DNA from: Azolla caroliniana | Taxonomy: Eukaryota > Plantae > Polypodiophyta | Direction: 5' to 3' | Assembly (NCBI GenBank): GCA_043228905.1 | Contig: JBHGNT010000014.1 | Coordinates: forward strand, 186,001-250,000 | Length of the DNA stretch: 64,000 bases | In this document: positions 61,311 to 64,000 of the stretch, piece by piece | Numbering within the stretch: the stretch's first letter is position 1 | Layout: each line of letters starts with the position of its first letter | The notes under the pieces: model-generated | The model's input: only the letters and a program-made list of their open reading frames with translations | Database searches by the model: none | What the model was told of the DNA's origin: nothing | Program-made: the position numbers and the translations under genes

Positions 61311-61967
61311 ATGGATCGCTATAACCTGCACGCGTATACCGACGACAGTCTAGAGAGTGGTAGTAGTGAATGGGGCGCGGATCGTTCACCGGCATGGCCA
61401 GGTCTCCACATGGGCCGTAACCATAGCCAAACCGACCTCTCCCAGAAGAGCTCGTCAATGGCGACTGTGGATGTGCCCTACCCTAAATACGCCGAGCCTC
61501 TATATGAAGCCTTCATATGCCCCTTAACAAAGCAGGTGATGCAAGATCCCGTGTCGTTGGAGAATGGGCAGACCTTCGAGCGCGCGGCCATCACACGGTG
61601 GCTCCAGGAATGCAAAGAGAAAGGGCGGATCCCCACGTGCCCTGTCACCGGAGACGAACTTGACTCCACCTCCCTTCGCCCGTCCAATGCTCTTCGAAGC
61701 ACCATCGAAGAATGGATATATCGCACTGATGCCGCACACATCGATAATGCCAAGATCGTCCTCATGTCTAGCACGTTCCCCGAAGACATCCTTCGGGCAT
61801 TGCATGATTTGCGCCAACTTTGCTCCAAGAATAAAGTCAACCAGAGGAGAATCAGAAGCGCTGGAATCATTCCGGTCATCGCCGATCAGCTCCGTGATGG
61901 TCAAGAAATCCGTTGGGCTGCACTCTCTACGCTTCGAATCATAGCCCAAGACGACGACGATAACAAG
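61311..61967 (+). CDS. First coding exon of a plant U-box/ARM-repeat E3 ubiquitin ligase, PUB43/PUB44(SAUL1)-like; the rest of the window is probably intron
   Basis: EPLYEAFICPLTKQVMQDPVSLENGQTFERAAITRW..EC...CPVT...LRSTIEEW U-box, start of the ARM region, donor AAG|GTAC after 219 codons. Confidence 0.9.
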
Positions 61968-64000
61968 GTACTACTTGACTCCTGCTTCTCTTCCTTCTAG
62001 TACGGGTAAAATCTCTTAAATGATGCATGGAGACACATGCTGTCAACGTTGTATGCATGTCGGTGTGTAATTTTTCAGATGTGTGCATGGCACGGTTGAA
62101 CCCCCATGGTTTTAATCAGGGAGGCAATAGAGGGACAACAAGGATATTCATAGAAAATAGACAGAACTTAAAAATGATTGCTTGAAAAAAATTTAAGAGA
62201 GAATTCTCAATCATAGCCTAATAGCTCGATTACACTTGAACCCTAATCTTCCATTGATGCAGGTAAGTTAAAAACTTGACTACACTTGAACCCAAATGTT
62301 CTGCCCTCTTGATTAATCCTCCCTATTTATCCATGATTTTTGGTAGGTGTATGAAACATCAATGCTTGATTCATATTCCCTTTAGCTAACCCTTAGTCCA
62401 CGTCATTTTTTCCACACACCTTCACAAACTGTACATTTGTCTTGGGTTAGCCACAGTGAACACCGTATGTGGAAATCATGACAACCCAATGTCTTGTTAT
62501 GTGTCTGAAAGAGTTCCCATCATGCTCATAGTGTATATATGAAATAGAAAATGAGAGTCTAACCTTTGTTCGGTCCCTAGGGTTAGAACTAACAAGAGCA
62601 AACCTCTGGTCAAGGGAGGTTGTTGGTCAATGCCTGTGTTATGTAGTAACTAGCATGGTGGGATATCATAGAGGGACATTTCTTCTCAGCTGAAATCTGA
62701 CATGTAAAACAATTACACATGAATCACAAAGGAGCCAAGATTGACATGTTTCTTGGAATGTACACAGAAGCTGAAATAACTTCGAAATGACAAGTTTATG
62801 GATACACTTAAGTTCCCACTTGAGCACAAACCAAAGATGGGAGATTAGAGCCATAGTATTTGATGCATGCGTAATGCAAACTCTGCTTTAATGAACCGAG
62901 ATTTGGGAAGACAGTATTTCAGCAAGCTCATGGAATAAACTGGAGAAAATTCCAAAAAGTAAACCTTCTCAAACAGTATAAGTGCATACCAAAAGCAGGA
63001 ACAATGCCTCTAATTGCCACCCCAATTCTGCATGGAAAACTGGACGTGTAAAACAGGAAAACCACAGAAAAAAAAATCTTTCCACTAACTGGTTCCAAGA
63101 TGTCTGCAAAAGGTTTGCAAGATGACATGCTGAAGAATATCTGGATGTGCACATAGAATGAAAGAAACACATGCAAGAATACTAATTGGTTCCATGTTTT
63201 ACTCAGCCACATTCACAGCCCTCCACACTAAATGGAGAACAACCTAAAACCAATCCGAGTTTGAATACGTCGGAGACACATTAATATTCAATATTAAGAA
63301 AATTACTGATGGCATCTGACGGACACTCAAGCTCACATCTGGAAACTCATGCCCAGGAGATTGAGATGTGCTGTCATAAGTGGTTTTGGAACAACATTTA
63401 TTCATAGTCTCTCTATGGGGTTCTTTGCATCTTGGACCTCACGTGTCCCTTTATGCTTCCTGTGTTTGGTTCTCTGACCCTACCATGGATGGGGAACATG
63501 TTCTCCACTATGGTTTTTGTCAATGGCCATAACTTGGCTACGCTGCTTATTTGTTCTAAACCCATCCACAAGTCATTTTAATGTGAATCAGAAGTAATGC
63601 GCCACATTGAGTATTGGAGTTTGATATTTAAAACTAATCCAAATCTTCCTGTTAAAGGAGTGAAAACATGGACACGGAATTCATTGTCAAAATCAATCAA
63701 GGGACATTCATGTAAACAAAGCGTCTTGAGCAAACTTATACATTACAGTAAAATTGCAGAAATGTCTTTCAAGGTTGGAGTTCTCCTTACGGTATGATAG
63801 CACCATTGGAATGTAGACAGATTTAGAATTGAGTAGATTACCCATGCTGAGGCTGATATTGTCGAGGATAAATCTCACTTACAAGCACTGTCAGCCTCCA
63901 TGAAGTTCATCTTTAGATTCTCTAAGCTGTTCTCTACCTATGATGATTTCATGTGAAATGTGCAATCTCTAAACATTTGGCCCTGGAGGCATATACCTGT

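Noticed and set aside
61968-64000. Further exons or small ORFs of the U-box gene
   Set aside because: No clear ARM-repeat coding found; AT-rich and consistent with an intron, though a small exon cannot be excluded

Overview
Eukaryotic plant genomic DNA, probably from a non-seed plant (inferred from the retrotransposon lineages present). About 55 kb is a stack of nested LTR retrotransposons, up to four layers deep: Ty3/Gypsy chromoviruses (including self-priming Tcn1/Tf1-type elements), tRNA-Trp-primed non-chromovirus Gypsy elements with 4-bp TSDs, and tRNA-iMet-primed Ty1/Copia elements plus solo LTRs. A scrambled patchwork at ~16.2-20.3 kb contains a Sola-like transposase fragment. The window ends in the first coding exon of a PUB43/PUB44(SAUL1)-like U-box/ARM E3 ligase gene. 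Main highlights: (1) all five insertions of the Trp-primed family are centred on a CpG (N-CG-N targets); (2) a young pol-less member of that family encodes a ~1170-codon Gag fused to an acidic repeat region and a W/R-rich tail; (3) antisense tRNA-like A-box/B-box modules sit near the U3 end of three different LTR families; (4) one TSD-flanked insertion has two inverted U3 ends; (5) covarying RNA structures are visible (frameshift pseudoknot, self-primer, pre-PPT hairpin). Coordinates were read by hand, and no database searches were run.
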